DNA from: Promethearchaeota archaeon
GTDB lineage: Archaea; Asgardarchaeota; Lokiarchaeia; Sigyniarchaeales; SOKP01
NCBI GenBank assembly: GCA_030599585.1
Contig: JAUVNS010000016.1
Coordinates: forward strand, 28,607-92,606
Direction: 5' to 3'
DNA: 64,000 bases
The notes under the pieces were generated by a model. The model worked only from the letters and a program-made list of their open reading frames with translations. It did not search any database and was not told the DNA's origin. Of the stretch, positions 9,922-20,559 are shown one piece after another. Numbering within the stretch: position 1 is the first letter of the stretch; every line of letters begins with the position of its first letter. Both the position numbers and the translations under genes were made by a program.

Positions 9922-10116
9922 CTCTTTTTTTCCTTTTGTTTTATTTTTGTCTTTTTTTTCTTTGACTTTCCAAGTTTTAGTATGAGGGCCAACTCGTAAA
10001 GATCAAAAAAATCAACTGTTCCTGGCATGATCACTACAAGACAATTTTAGTATTTAAACTATTGTTCTGGAGTAAACCTTTTGCTACGAAATGTATGAAA
10101 ATTAGATTTCACTGGT

Positions 10117-10536
10117 TTACACTTCGTGGAATCGTTCCGCAAGCAAGTCCAAAACCCTTTCTTTCTTAGTTTTTTCGACTTCTTGGCTAAAATCGCGAAA
10201 TCTTCTTAAATCAGAGTCCCACTCCTCGGGCAAATTTCGATACATTTCTACAAATTTGTCCCCGAGATATTCTAAGTTTCCTTGAGCTGCTTTTGAGTTA
10301 ACGTTTTTTTTGGAAAACCCAACGAATAAAAATTGATCCTTTTTGTAAAAAAAGATCGTGTGCGTTTTAAATTCGACAGATTTCAGTTCTTTTACGAATA
10401 ACGTTTCGTGGAAAGAGATACACGCAAAGAGAAACCCACCAATTAATTGCTCGTCGATAGTAAACGAATTACCCTCGTTAAACACTACTTTTCCGCTTTC
10501 AGAAAGTATTAAAAAATCTGTAAGAAATTGAGGCAT
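10117..10536 (-). CDS. Longin/roadblock-like domain protein (Asgard eukaryotic-signature type)
   Basis: ILSESGKVVF, QLIGGFL, FLFVG, W.SD..RFRDF pattern; canonical GGGAAG-TTTAAATA promoter at 10594-10607. Confidence 0.65.
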   Translation of the reverse strand: MPQFLTDFLILSESGKVVFNEGNSFTIDEQLIGGFLFACISFHETLFVKELKSVEFKTHTIFFYKKDQFLFVGFSKKNVNSKAAQGNLEYLGDKFVEMYRNLPEEWDSDLRRFRDFSQEVEKTKKERVLDLLAERFHEV

Positions 10537-10682
10537 ATTCGTGTCTCCCTAAGTTACCCTATTTTGGTATTATATCGATAATAAAAGGCTTGTTATTTAA
10601 ACTTCCCTAGCGGATATATCTGTTCGATCTATCGTTCCCAAAATTTTTCCTTTTTAACCGTTTACACGTTATTACCTTTATA

Positions 10683-10967
10683 ATGGGATCTAATACCGAA
10701 AACGATCCGTTTGCCATTCACGACAAAAAGAAGGTAAGAATCACGGAGTTTTTGGTTTATTTAGAATCAGAAGACGGACAAGACAATTACATCATAAAAC
10801 AGTTTGATAAAACCAAAGAGCAGAACTTAGAGGCGCTTACATTCATCCAAAACCTTATTAAAAGCTATCCCGATATCAATTCAGATCGTATGAAAGGATA
10901 TTTGAAACGACAACGTTTTTTTATGAAACTTTACCTAAAAGAAGTAAACAAAGATTCTTCTGAGTGA
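10683..10967 (+). CDS. Hypothetical protein
   Basis: 94 aa ORF; TTTTTCC-TTTTTAA motif at 10644-10658. Confidence 0.6.
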   Translation: MGSNTENDPFAIHDKKKVRITEFLVYLESEDGQDNYIIKQFDKTKEQNLEALTFIQNLIKSYPDINSDRMKGYLKRQRFFMKLYLKEVNKDSSE

Positions 10968-11035
10968 AGGCGGTTATTTTCTTTTATATACTTCTACCAA
11001 TTATTTGCTGCAAAAATCAATAAGAAGCGATAATA

Positions 11036-11287
11036 TTGGGTGTAGAAGTTAGTAAAAAGAAAGACCACGAACCAATTGTTATTGAAATAGTGAATTACGA
11101 CAACCTCGAAGCGTTGCTGTCGAAGATAGTAATTCCCTTTTCAGAAGTTTTAGGAAATACCAACGTCCCAGATTTATACGCAGGACACGAAAAAATACCG
11201 TTCGAAAAACGCTACCCGCTTTATCAGACTATTATGAGGCGCGAGTTTGCAGACGCAATCAAAAAATTAGAACCTAAAGAAAAATAG
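11036..11287 (+). CDS. Hypothetical protein
   Basis: 83 aa ORF; TTTTC-TTTTATATA motif at 10977-10990. Confidence 0.55.
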   Translation: MGVEVSKKKDHEPIVIEIVNYDNLEALLSKIVIPFSEVLGNTNVPDLYAGHEKIPFEKRYPLYQTIMRREFADAIKKLEPKEK

Positions 11288-11294
11288 CGTTTTT

Positions 11295-11819
11295 CTATTT
11301 CTTTTTACGCCTGTAATATGTATCGTCATTCTCAATCTTGATCAGCTCCCCGCTTTTCTTAGCGCTTCGAATTAAAGTTTTTAACTCTATTGCGGGAATT
11401 CCGTAGTCTTCGGCCTTGATTTCGAGCAAGTATTTTGGAAATTGGTTGTATAGGCTCGAGAGCTCTATTACCATTTCGTTAAATTTATCTGTATAGTCAA
11501 TTTCTTTATCTTCGTCCCCCAACTTGATTTTTTTGCTTTTAGGTCTAGCAGTATTACTAGCAGTAATAACAAAATCACCTCCAGAGCGGAACTCCGGAAT
11601 CGCTATCTCGTTCTGCTTTCTTTTTACGGCATTCACGGCTTCCGTCATGCCAATTACTTCTTCGCCATCACTCAAAATATCTCGTACTTGGTGAGTTCTC
11701 CCGCACCTTAGACATTTTTTAGTTTTCTGGATAGTTTTTACGTAGGAAAACTCCTGACATTTTTTACAAGCAAACACTAAATACGGTGTTTCGTCTTTTT
11801 TAAAACCAACATCTTCCAT
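11295..11819 (-). CDS. DUF1922-like zinc-ribbon protein with probable C-terminal winged helix
   Basis: YLVFACKKC...KTKKCLRCGRT; directly downstream of the Hef-like gene. Confidence 0.65.
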   Translation of the reverse strand: MEDVGFKKDETPYLVFACKKCQEFSYVKTIQKTKKCLRCGRTHQVRDILSDGEEVIGMTEAVNAVKRKQNEIAIPEFRSGGDFVITASNTARPKSKKIKLGDEDKEIDYTDKFNEMVIELSSLYNQFPKYLLEIKAEDYGIPAIELKTLIRSAKKSGELIKIENDDTYYRRKKK

Positions 11820-11822
11820 AAT

Positions 11823-14000
11823 TTACAATCCTCCTTCGTTTTTTACGTGTAAATAGATGTTTTTAACTACAAAATACAACTCTTCTGAAAGATCGATCGT
11901 TATGGCTTGAAAATCGTTGTTTTTGCCCCAATCGTTAATTTTTCTCTTCAGAAGCTTTTCTTCTGATTCGAACTGTTCTTCGAAGTCTACGAAGTCGAAC
12001 AGCGACGCTATGAGTTTATACTTTGTACTGAGCAGAGCGTATTTTTTTAGGGTTGCGATTCTGTCAAACGTTCGGGGGTCTATTATTTGGACTAACGCTT
12101 TATCAAATAAGGTTAAATCGAGTATAGACTTTACTGTTGTAAAAGGTATTCCGTCTTTCTGAAACTTTTTTCGCAGACCAAATTTTACGGGAAAGGAAAC
12201 GTTAATTTTTACTTCTGGTTGGCTGCTAACCGGTTTACTTGGCAATTCTTGGGAAAAGGAATGTAAACTCGATTGCACTTCCTTTTTGTTTGCGTTCTTA
12301 CTAAACTTGGGAGGTTGTGCTGGTTTATTGGTATCCGATGTGCTTACAGGCTGCGGCTCTTCAATAGTATCAATCGAAATATCGGAATAGGCGGTCTGAA
12401 GTTGTTTTTCTCCTTTTAAGTTCACGTTCATTTTTTTAAGCTTCGTTAAAGCTATGTGCATGTAAACTTCGTCGTGTGTGCCCTTACAATAAAGGATAAT
12501 TACTTTACCCTCTCGATGACGAGCGGTCCTTCCTTTTCTTTGGATAAACCGTATTTCCGAAGCTACTACGTCGTAAAACACTACAAGGTCGCACTCTGCA
12601 ATGTCTAACCCTTCCTCACCAACGTTAGTGCTAACCAAAATGTTATACTCGCCTTTCTTAAACATTTCTAATACTTCTAACTGCCTTTTCTGCGACATTC
12701 CTTTGTCGTTTTTAGATTTAGTCGCTTGCCCTACGAATCGAGTTGGTTTAAAAACTAGACTACCGCTCGTTTCTAGCTTGATCGTTATATTTTTTACCGA
12801 ATCTCGCAACTTCACGAACACTAGCACCCTCGAACTCGGGTTATTTTCAAATTCTTGGGCTAGTAAAGATTCGAGCGCGTAATATTTGGGATGGACCAGA
12901 TTCTCAGAAGAATATTCTTCGTTTTTTTTCAACTCGATAAATATCTGATTGAGCCTGTGATCGCTCACCAAAATTTTTAAGGCTTTGGAGCTGTTTTTCT
13001 TTCTAGCCTTGGCTTTCATCTTAGTTAAATAAATTAAAAGCACATCTAAGCCTTGTTGTTCTATTAATTCTAACATGTGATACAAAATCAAACCTTGTGC
13101 GTTTACCGATAGGGCGCTATAAGCCCCGGTTTTGTCTCCATCTCCTTTGATTATCCTCGTCAACTCGCTATTTAGCGTTAACAAATCTTTTCTAATAATT
13201 TTAGCGTATAGCTTATCTGACTTCGTATTTATGAAACTAAGCTGAGAAAGGTATTGCAACCGCTCCTCCAAAAGAGATTGAACGGCGTAGTAAGTTTGGC
13301 CCATCAATTCGGTTAAATTAACCCCGATTTTGTAAATATCCATTGGTTTTAAATACGATTTCACGTCCAAGTCTTTTCGGGTGCGGGTGTGAATGTTTTC
13401 TTTAGGAACGTAGAGGTTTTCGCAAAGTATCCGTATTTTTTCTTTCGAAGCGCCGGGACTTGCGGTTAACCCTAAGATCGCACCATCGGGATTTTGGTAT
13501 TGGAATTCGTCGGCAATAAATGTGTAAGCGTAATCTCCTGTGGCGTGGTGAGCTTCGTCAAAAATAATTAAGCACGTATCCTTCAAAGAATATCTAAGAT
13601 TTACTAAGTCGTTTCTTAGCGTTTGGGGGGTGTAAAAAATAATCTGGTTTTTTTCAAATAATACTGCTCTTTTCTCGGAGTTTATTTTTCCGGTTAAAAC
13701 CACGAATAACTCCTCAGAAATCGTCATTAAATTTCTAAACGAGTCGTAATGTTGGTTAATTAAAGGTCTTGTTGGTGCTAAAACGAGTATTTTGCTCTTA
13801 GGAGGAAAGTTTTCTAGGGTGAGCGCTGCCACAAAAACCCCAATAATCGTTTTTCCAAGACCTGTAGGGAGGACTACTAGCGAGTTTTTGGACGCGCACT
13901 TTTTTGCTATATCGAGTTGATATTTTCTGCTTTCGATGTTATCTTGGCGTAAGTAAGAAGTAGTAATACCTTCTAGCTTGCTTTTCTCGGGTTCAATCAC
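11823..14000 (-). CDS. hef: Hef/FANCM(Mph1)-like DEAH helicase with degenerate C-terminal nuclease-like domain
   Basis: LPTGLGKT, DEAHHA, TASPG, EEGLDIAECD, QRKGRTAR; no ERK-x-x-x-D motif in the C-terminal domain. Confidence 0.85.
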   Translation of the reverse strand: MIEPEKSKLEGITTSYLRQDNIESRKYQLDIAKKCASKNSLVVLPTGLGKTIIGVFVAALTLENFPPKSKILVLAPTRPLINQHYDSFRNLMTISEELFVVLTGKINSEKRAVLFEKNQIIFYTPQTLRNDLVNLRYSLKDTCLIIFDEAHHATGDYAYTFIADEFQYQNPDGAILGLTASPGASKEKIRILCENLYVPKENIHTRTRKDLDVKSYLKPMDIYKIGVNLTELMGQTYYAVQSLLEERLQYLSQLSFINTKSDKLYAKIIRKDLLTLNSELTRIIKGDGDKTGAYSALSVNAQGLILYHMLELIEQQGLDVLLIYLTKMKAKARKKNSSKALKILVSDHRLNQIFIELKKNEEYSSENLVHPKYYALESLLAQEFENNPSSRVLVFVKLRDSVKNITIKLETSGSLVFKPTRFVGQATKSKNDKGMSQKRQLEVLEMFKKGEYNILVSTNVGEEGLDIAECDLVVFYDVVASEIRFIQRKGRTARHREGKVIILYCKGTHDEVYMHIALTKLKKMNVNLKGEKQLQTAYSDISIDTIEEPQPVSTSDTNKPAQPPKFSKNANKKEVQSSLHSFSQELPSKPVSSQPEVKINVSFPVKFGLRKKFQKDGIPFTTVKSILDLTLFDKALVQIIDPRTFDRIATLKKYALLSTKYKLIASLFDFVDFEEQFESEEKLLKRKINDWGKNNDFQAITIDLSEELYFVVKNIYLHVKNEGGL

Positions 14001-14015
14001 GCTTATCTCCTCCTA

Positions 14016-14591
14016 TCAAACGATTTGTATTGAGTAATCCCCTATTTCTAATTTCGATAAAGTTTTTTTGCTTCGTTTGTATGACTGGATGAGTTTACCC
14101 GCCTCGACCGCTAATTTCGAAGGGTAAATCAGTCCGTTCCCTCTATGTTCAAATAAACAAGGGAGCGCTCGGTTAAGGAGTTTAACTTTCTTTGAAAGTT
14201 CCGTTCCATTTCTTTTTACGTCAAATCCCTTACCAATCTTTATGTGGTGAAAATAATACACTATATCGTTTAATAGATCGGCTTGTTCTTTATTAATTTC
14301 GATTTCTTTTAGCTCCAAAGCGTCAAAATTTCTAATTTCTGTTTTTGGCTTTAAAGTGAGATACGAGCTTCCGTTTTTCCACTTCTTTACGAGAACATAT
14401 CCTTCAAACATCGAGCTAAATAGTTTTTGAAACCGAAACACCAACTCTAACACCTCTTCCAAGTCTCGTTCGGATACGTTGAGGTAGGTAGCTAGCTTTT
14501 CGAGGCTAAAAAGACTATTCTTTCTAGTTTGAAATTGTTCTAACGCCAAAATAATTTTGTGTAATTGATTAATTTTATCGCTTTGAGCCAT
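14016..14591 (-). CDS. Hypothetical protein, probable winged-helix (likely start MAQSDK at 14591)
   Basis: FSLEKLATYLNVSERDLEEVL HTH-like segment; promoter motif TTTTTCC-TTTTTAT at 14614-14628 favours ATG 14591 over 14603. Confidence 0.65.
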   Translation of the reverse strand: MAQSDKINQLHKIILALEQFQTRKNSLFSLEKLATYLNVSERDLEEVLELVFRFQKLFSSMFEGYVLVKKWKNGSSYLTLKPKTEIRNFDALELKEIEINKEQADLLNDIVYYFHHIKIGKGFDVKRNGTELSKKVKLLNRALPCLFEHRGNGLIYPSKLAVEAGKLIQSYKRSKKTLSKLEIGDYSIQIV

Positions 14592-14671
14592 TACAAGGTA
14601 CATTTGTCGTAAGAATAAAAAGGAAAAATTGTGAAATGGATAAAAAAATAAAAAAAAAAAGAAAATATGAT

Positions 14672-17644
14672 TTAATTTTTAGAATTTCGCTTATTTTTAA
14701 ATATCTTAGTCCGAATTGTTTTAGAAGAACCAAGCATTGAGGTAGTAGCGACGCCCAACAGTCCAAACGCTAAGGGAGGCGTAAAGACCGCGTCTCCTTG
14801 GTATAATTCAGTTGAATCGGGGTCTGGATCTGGATCGGGGTCTGGATCTGGATTTGGGTTGGAATTAGGATCGACGTAATCGAAAGTTGCGTTGCAGACG
14901 AATTGGGAGTCCCCCAAGTAAGGATCGTTGAGAATAAATTCAAAATAATAGTTTCCGTAATAGGTGGGCGAGTAATCGAAAGTAAACGTCGAACTTTCTA
15001 AGGAATGAGAGGAAAGCAAGTCAATTACGTCGACATAATCTCCATCGCGGTATACTTTTGCGTACATCAAGCCATCAAAGATCGGTTCGTCTCCTGAGAT
15101 AAAAGCGTGGCGTCCATAGATATTTGCTTGGATGCGAGATTCGGTCTTTACTATCGAATACGAAAAGAAAGAATCAAATTCAGTAATAAAAGAGAACGGG
15201 AGACTCGCTTTTTTTATCGCTCCGTCGTACACGCATAAATCTCCTTCAACAACAGGATAATTACCGGTATCAATAGACACGTATACCATTTTCTGGTAAG
15301 TATAGTTGCCTAATTGGTCCAGTAGTATAGTTCCTAACTGTGTCGACTCGATTTTAACCGTAGTATATTGTCCAAAATCCGAAAGTACGAGGTTTACCAA
15401 TTCGACGGAAAACAAGTTGTTGCTTCCTAAGCCAACCGCGTCGTAATAGGAAGCGCTCAATCGAACGGTGTCAGTTTTTGCTATTTCGCATAACCACATA
15501 AACACATCGTGGTCCAAATCCTTTCTTTCAACGGTAACGTAAAATTCGTTGTAAGTATCAGAAAAGATGTTTTGAACGAGTAGGTGCGTTTGTTCTACGT
15601 CGAATTGAATATCTAGGGATAACAATTCCGAAATTTTGTAGCTGTAATAGAGATTTTTTGCGTTCGAATAGTTAAGGTGGTTTACAACGAAATTACTAAT
15701 TTTATTAGAGTCCAGATTATATTGTTCAGTCGAATCTAAAATAAATATAGTGTAGTACAAATTCTCTAAGATTAATTCTACGTTGTCAGAATATTTAGCA
15801 TCAAAAAATATCTCGGTTGGAGTTTCCACCAGATTTCTCGTAATATATGTCCCGAGCGCGGTTTTATCGAACCCTAAATCGGCGAAATATTGACCTGTTA
15901 TATTCCCTAGTCCAAAAAATTGACTGATAATTTCCATTGTTTGTATGGCGTAATAAGAATTCATTAGGTACACTAGGTCGTTTTTCCATTCGGAAGAAGA
16001 GTTAATATAAATGTTGATTAAAAACCCTCCAAAGTTATCTGCGTAGTTCGGATCGAGGAATTGAGAGTCGATAACGTCTTGTAAAACAGGATGTAAATCG
16101 TAAAGTGAGGCAAAGTCGTTTAATTTAAAAATTTTTTTCAACGAGTCAAGCATTTTGAAAATATTTTGGTGGGCGCTTATAGAATTGATTTCTTCTACGA
16201 ATTCGTGGTGTCCAGCGGTGTCGTAATCGAAGGGATTCGAACGAAAACTTACCTTGTTTAGATTCATGCTGGTGCATGCGAAAAAATCGTAATTACCACC
16301 ACGATCTACCACAGTGCCTACGAGTAAGTCGTATATCGATTGAATGTTAAGTTCTCCAATTTTCCCGAAGTATTCGTAAGACTTCACTAGGTTATAGAGC
16401 AAATCTACAGAAGCGTAATCCTCTGAAAGTAAAGAATATCCGCGTTCTTGAGCAAATAAGGTTATAAACAAAGAAATCTCGTCCTTATCACCTAATGACA
16501 ATTCAAATAGATCTCCCGTATTAGAAAGCGACCTTACAATTTGGAACGTATCGATAAGCTCGTGATATTTCACCGAAGTCGAAGCTTCCCAACCACCGCG
16601 ATAGTTTCGATTGTTAAGGATAAACGACACTACATCGCTTCTCGCAAAAGAAGTAAACCCCGTAATATCCGATAGTTCTAAATTAATCGCAGTAGCAACT
16701 ATATTGGAATAATTGACCACCCACACAAAGTCGGAAAGATCAAAGTAAGCTCCTTCGGAATGATATAACGCTGTAAGGTGCGCGTGAAACTTGGTTTTAT
16801 CTATGATATCTATATAACTACTTCCGAAAATTTCTAGGGTTTTTAAGCAATAGTAGGAAGCAAATTGGTTCGGTTCTGGCTCCAATAACGAGTCAAACAT
16901 GACCTCGTTATCGTTATAAAAGCCTGAAGAAGAACTCAACGATTGCAAACTATCAATGTAGGAGGCTATATCGCTCCTTTCTTGGGAGTGTGCGTTCCAG
17001 TCAACGCCTAAAACGTCTAACGTAAGAACAGCGTAATAGGTGTTATCTGCAGTAGGGACTTTAAATCCTTCTTCTAACGAGGGATCGTAAGGTTGACCTA
17101 TAAATCCATATAAATTTGGGTGATAACTATCCCAAATAAAATCAATCATATCGGCTATATCTATCGAATTAACAGTATTTAAAAGTTCCAACGAAAGAAC
17201 TGCGTAGCAATTGACTTGTAAAAGCGTGGACAGAGGGTAATACCTACCCGGTATTTTTGAAGCGAAGTATCTATCAGAATTTTTATCCGAAAAAATATGA
17301 GTGCCGGAGTCGTAAAACGATAAAATATAATCGGTTACAGCTTGTTGGTCAATATCCCCTAACTTTCCGATAGCGTCTAGGACATAAAGAGCGTAATAAG
17401 TCGCTTGAAGAGAATCCGAGTAAATCTGGAGGTAATAGCCGTAAGTTGCGTAATCGGCGTTTTTTGCGTCAAAAACTGATTGCAATATTTCGAGGTTCGA
17501 GACGTCAGATGTTGCCAACAAGTCAAAATTTTCGTTTTGTTTTTCACCAGGATTCGCGACAGATTTTATGCTTATTGTAGAAACATAAGCTAAAACCACA
17601 ATTAACACAACGCTAACTAAAACTAGATGTTTTTTCCATTTCAT
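14672..17644 (-). CDS. Large secreted membrane-anchored protein with prenyltransferase/squalene-oxidase-like alpha-toroid repeats
   Basis: Signal peptide; repeated TYYAL/TYYAV/SYYCL/SYYAI..L motifs with GGF/GGW; (DP)n linker; C-terminal TM plus basic tail. Confidence 0.75.
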   Translation of the reverse strand: MKWKKHLVLVSVVLIVVLAYVSTISIKSVANPGEKQNENFDLLATSDVSNLEILQSVFDAKNADYATYGYYLQIYSDSLQATYYALYVLDAIGKLGDIDQQAVTDYILSFYDSGTHIFSDKNSDRYFASKIPGRYYPLSTLLQVNCYAVLSLELLNTVNSIDIADMIDFIWDSYHPNLYGFIGQPYDPSLEEGFKVPTADNTYYAVLTLDVLGVDWNAHSQERSDIASYIDSLQSLSSSSGFYNDNEVMFDSLLEPEPNQFASYYCLKTLEIFGSSYIDIIDKTKFHAHLTALYHSEGAYFDLSDFVWVVNYSNIVATAINLELSDITGFTSFARSDVVSFILNNRNYRGGWEASTSVKYHELIDTFQIVRSLSNTGDLFELSLGDKDEISLFITLFAQERGYSLLSEDYASVDLLYNLVKSYEYFGKIGELNIQSIYDLLVGTVVDRGGNYDFFACTSMNLNKVSFRSNPFDYDTAGHHEFVEEINSISAHQNIFKMLDSLKKIFKLNDFASLYDLHPVLQDVIDSQFLDPNYADNFGGFLINIYINSSSEWKNDLVYLMNSYYAIQTMEIISQFFGLGNITGQYFADLGFDKTALGTYITRNLVETPTEIFFDAKYSDNVELILENLYYTIFILDSTEQYNLDSNKISNFVVNHLNYSNAKNLYYSYKISELLSLDIQFDVEQTHLLVQNIFSDTYNEFYVTVERKDLDHDVFMWLCEIAKTDTVRLSASYYDAVGLGSNNLFSVELVNLVLSDFGQYTTVKIESTQLGTILLDQLGNYTYQKMVYVSIDTGNYPVVEGDLCVYDGAIKKASLPFSFITEFDSFFSYSIVKTESRIQANIYGRHAFISGDEPIFDGLMYAKVYRDGDYVDVIDLLSSHSLESSTFTFDYSPTYYGNYYFEFILNDPYLGDSQFVCNATFDYVDPNSNPNPDPDPDPDPDPDSTELYQGDAVFTPPLAFGLLGVATTSMLGSSKTIRTKIFKNKRNSKN
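14817..14873 (-). repeat. Coding (NP/DP)n linker repeat
   Basis: DPNSNPNPDPDPDPDPDPD encoded by GGATCT/GGGTCT hexamer repeats. Confidence 0.8.
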
Positions 17645-17832
17645 TATACTTCACGTAAAGTTTGTTACAAAAGCTTTGAAATACCCTTATACCGAGCGTT
17701 TATAAATAAAAAAGTGTAAAAAAATTTCGAAATCATAAAAGTAAAAATAGAAGGAGCACCATCAATTATATTATATTGAAACACCCTCACAATAAATTCT
17801 TTAGTAGCAAAAACCTGAAAATTGTATAAATT

Positions 17833-19110
17833 ATGACGGCACCAGTATTGACTACGGAAGCTGTAATGGAAGCTTTATCGAACAATTGGCAGCCAATAAC
17901 AGCGTTAATATTTAAAATGCAAATAAAAGAAATGATGGACGCTCGTTTTTTACAAATTAAATTAAAGGATTTAGAGCGCAAAGAGTTAATTTTAGTTGAA
18001 ACAAAATTGGGTAAAAAGCATTTCAGATTAAACGAATCAGTCGATATGGTTGTTGACGTTGAAGAAGATTTCGATATTGACACTATAAATTCGGACGAAC
18101 CAGACGTTTCCTACTCTCAAGGCGATTATCCCCGCTCTCAAGATAACATTGATTTTATTAATTCAGAAGTGAAAAATTTGCTTGAAAAAATTGGTAACAT
18201 GGAAACCTTAGACGAAGATACATTGATAGATGTAGCTTTTAACATAATGGGTCTTAGCGATTTAGGAGACAAGTATCACAAACACGGTGATAACCAGTTA
18301 GCGATGGGTTTTTACGAGAGTGCTCTTAAATTAGACGCCGCTTCTGGAGAAGATAAGAATTTCAGAAAATTTCTTTTTAAAGATATTGGTAATTTATTTT
18401 TCGAGGAAGGCAATCACCAAGAAGCTATAAAATATTACGAAAACGCTATTGGGTTGTCAATATTGGAAGAAGTTTCTCCTTTTAATCGAGAAATTTTGTT
18501 CAATCTTGGAACATCGTATAGTAATATTAACCAGCCAGAGAAAGCTATTCTTTACTTTGAAAAATTAGCTGAACACGATCCTGAACTTGATATACTTTGG
18601 AGCGCGTTAGGTCTAGCATATAGCGCTAATAAAGAATACGATAAAGCTGCCGATTGTTTTAAAATTGCACTTAAATTTAATCCTTCAGATGAGGATATTA
18701 TAGATAAACTAAATTTCGTTGTAGAACAAAAGAAAAAAAGCGAACAATTTGCTTTAGAAGATTTAGAAAATTCTCCTCAAGAACTTCAAGACGAAACTAT
18801 ACTCTCGTTATTGAAAAAACTAAACGATAAGTTTGGCGAATTAATTAAAATTAATGAATTTTCGACTACAATTCACATTAAATCGTACATAAACGACCTA
18901 ATTAAACCCTTTTTTGAAAAACCAAGCGACAGAAAGATTAAAAAACTTAAAAAATCTATTGAACAACACATAGAAGGTTGGCCCGAAGATAAGCGAGAAG
19001 AATTTTTCAACGAATATTTCAGGACCATAAAGCGATACGAAGAACTCCAACCGTCAAAATGGAAAAAGTATGGGTCAGCGCTCCTTAAATTAATTCCCAT
19101 TCTAAGTTAG
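17833..19110 (+). CDS. TPR-repeat protein with N-terminal winged-helix-like domain
   Basis: Several TPR units (IGNLFFEEGNHQEAIKYYENAI; LWSALGLAYSANKEYDKAADCFKIALKFNP). Confidence 0.8.
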   Translation: MTAPVLTTEAVMEALSNNWQPITALIFKMQIKEMMDARFLQIKLKDLERKELILVETKLGKKHFRLNESVDMVVDVEEDFDIDTINSDEPDVSYSQGDYPRSQDNIDFINSEVKNLLEKIGNMETLDEDTLIDVAFNIMGLSDLGDKYHKHGDNQLAMGFYESALKLDAASGEDKNFRKFLFKDIGNLFFEEGNHQEAIKYYENAIGLSILEEVSPFNREILFNLGTSYSNINQPEKAILYFEKLAEHDPELDILWSALGLAYSANKEYDKAADCFKIALKFNPSDEDIIDKLNFVVEQKKKSEQFALEDLENSPQELQDETILSLLKKLNDKFGELIKINEFSTTIHIKSYINDLIKPFFEKPSDRKIKKLKKSIEQHIEGWPEDKREEFFNEYFRTIKRYEELQPSKWKKYGSALLKLIPILS

Positions 19111-19136
19111 TTAATGAAAAACATAAGTCTTAGAAA

Positions 19137-19172
19137 GCGAAAAAAAAAGAAAAGAAAAGAAAAAAAAAAAAG
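19137..19172 (-). terminator. Oligo-T terminator downstream of the TFB gene
   Basis: Long A-runs on the + strand between convergent genes. Confidence 0.5.
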
Positions 19173-19203
19173 GAATTTAACTCGTTATATTTTCAGCCCA
19201 CCG

Positions 19204-20478
19204 TCAACAAACCGATGGTGGACCGGTTGGGTTGTGATATCTCCATAGTTCGACTTTCACGCCCTCCTCATCCATATTACCTTTTTTGTTAGATAAAGAA
19301 ACGTCTTGAAAGTTCGTTGAATTATCGTTATTTTGATTTTTGGCAACTGAGGCTACTAAATATCCACTTACGTCTTTTACAACGAGGTAATATTCTTCGC
19401 TCTCGTTTAAGTTGTTAAACACTTGACTTGCGTCCCCTAAGATTATTTGAACTATGTCGTCGCACTGTTCCTCGCCTTCCGAAATCTCGCCAAGGTCTGT
19501 AAACGCAGGATCGAGCACGCCTAATTTGTTCATAACTCTTTTTAATAAATCAGCCGATTTTACGAGACTTACAAAACCCGGAACGTTAAGCCTTTGGATA
19601 ACCCTTTTCTCGACTTGCCTGTGAATCGTTGACATTTTAACGCCTAAACGCTCGCAGATTGCGCTAACGCTCACTTCTTTTTTCTGAGAGCAGAGAAGCG
19701 TAATTGAAGTCACTAAACCCACTACCACGTCGTCCTTAGTATTTTTTATAACATCGTAAAACCTGTCAAGTATTCGTTTCGATTGGTAGTAGAACGACAT
19801 CCCCAAATTGAAGTGCTCGCTGACCTCTAAAATTCTTTCTTTTATGTATTGCTTGCGATCCCGCTCTTGATATTCGGGCCAAATGCGTATAATCGAAAAT
19901 TTAAACGAGTTAAAATCGTTCTTGGAAACCTTGGACACCCCCAAAAGTTCTTTCTCGCTGATCGGTTTACCGTTCTCTTTGTAGTACGCGTAAATAACGC
20001 AAGGCACAAGCATTTCAGCGCTTCTATATTTCGTTCCTTTTTCTAAACTCGCTCGAAATTGCTTGACCTTGCGAACAATTACCTCTACATCGCCTGAGGA
20101 GAAACCTAACGCGGTTAAAATTCGTTTTGCTTCTACTTTTACCGCAATATTAAAAGTTTCTTCGGTAGGTCGGGAAGCGTCTATCTTGCTTAACCCTTCT
20201 AATTTAGCGGAACGTTGCATTCTTCTTCTTTCAGACCTAAATCCGATTTGGGTTTTTCCTAATACGGCGTACTGAACGATGTCTGCGTCGTACGGTCGGT
20301 GATATTCTAATTTTTGTATTTCTAATACTATTCCACACGCTCGACAAGTGTAACCTTCCCGGGTTTCTATCACGTCGGTAGAATTACACACGTCGCATTG
20401 ATATTGCGACTCGAGACCTGAGACAATTTTTAACGATTTTATTTTATCAGCACTATGAGGCGTTGCCATTTTTTTCAA
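19204..20478 (-). CDS. tfb: Divergent transcription initiation factor B (TFB/TFIIB) paralogue with C-terminal extension
   Basis: Zn ribbon CDVC..CRACG, two cyclin-like repeats, HTH VSVSAICERLGVKMSTIHRQV. Confidence 0.8.
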   Translation of the reverse strand: MKKMATPHSADKIKSLKIVSGLESQYQCDVCNSTDVIETREGYTCRACGIVLEIQKLEYHRPYDADIVQYAVLGKTQIGFRSERRRMQRSAKLEGLSKIDASRPTEETFNIAVKVEAKRILTALGFSSGDVEVIVRKVKQFRASLEKGTKYRSAEMLVPCVIYAYYKENGKPISEKELLGVSKVSKNDFNSFKFSIIRIWPEYQERDRKQYIKERILEVSEHFNLGMSFYYQSKRILDRFYDVIKNTKDDVVVGLVTSITLLCSQKKEVSVSAICERLGVKMSTIHRQVEKRVIQRLNVPGFVSLVKSADLLKRVMNKLGVLDPAFTDLGEISEGEEQCDDIVQIILGDASQVFNNLNESEEYYLVVKDVSGYLVASVAKNQNNDNSTNFQDVSLSNKKGNMDEEGVKVELWRYHNPTGPPSVC

Positions 20479-20559
20479 CTCAGTTTTTTTATTGTAATCT
20501 ATTTTTCTTTGATCGATATTTTCTTCCTTTTACTAAGAAAACTAAAATGGGGTGAGGCC

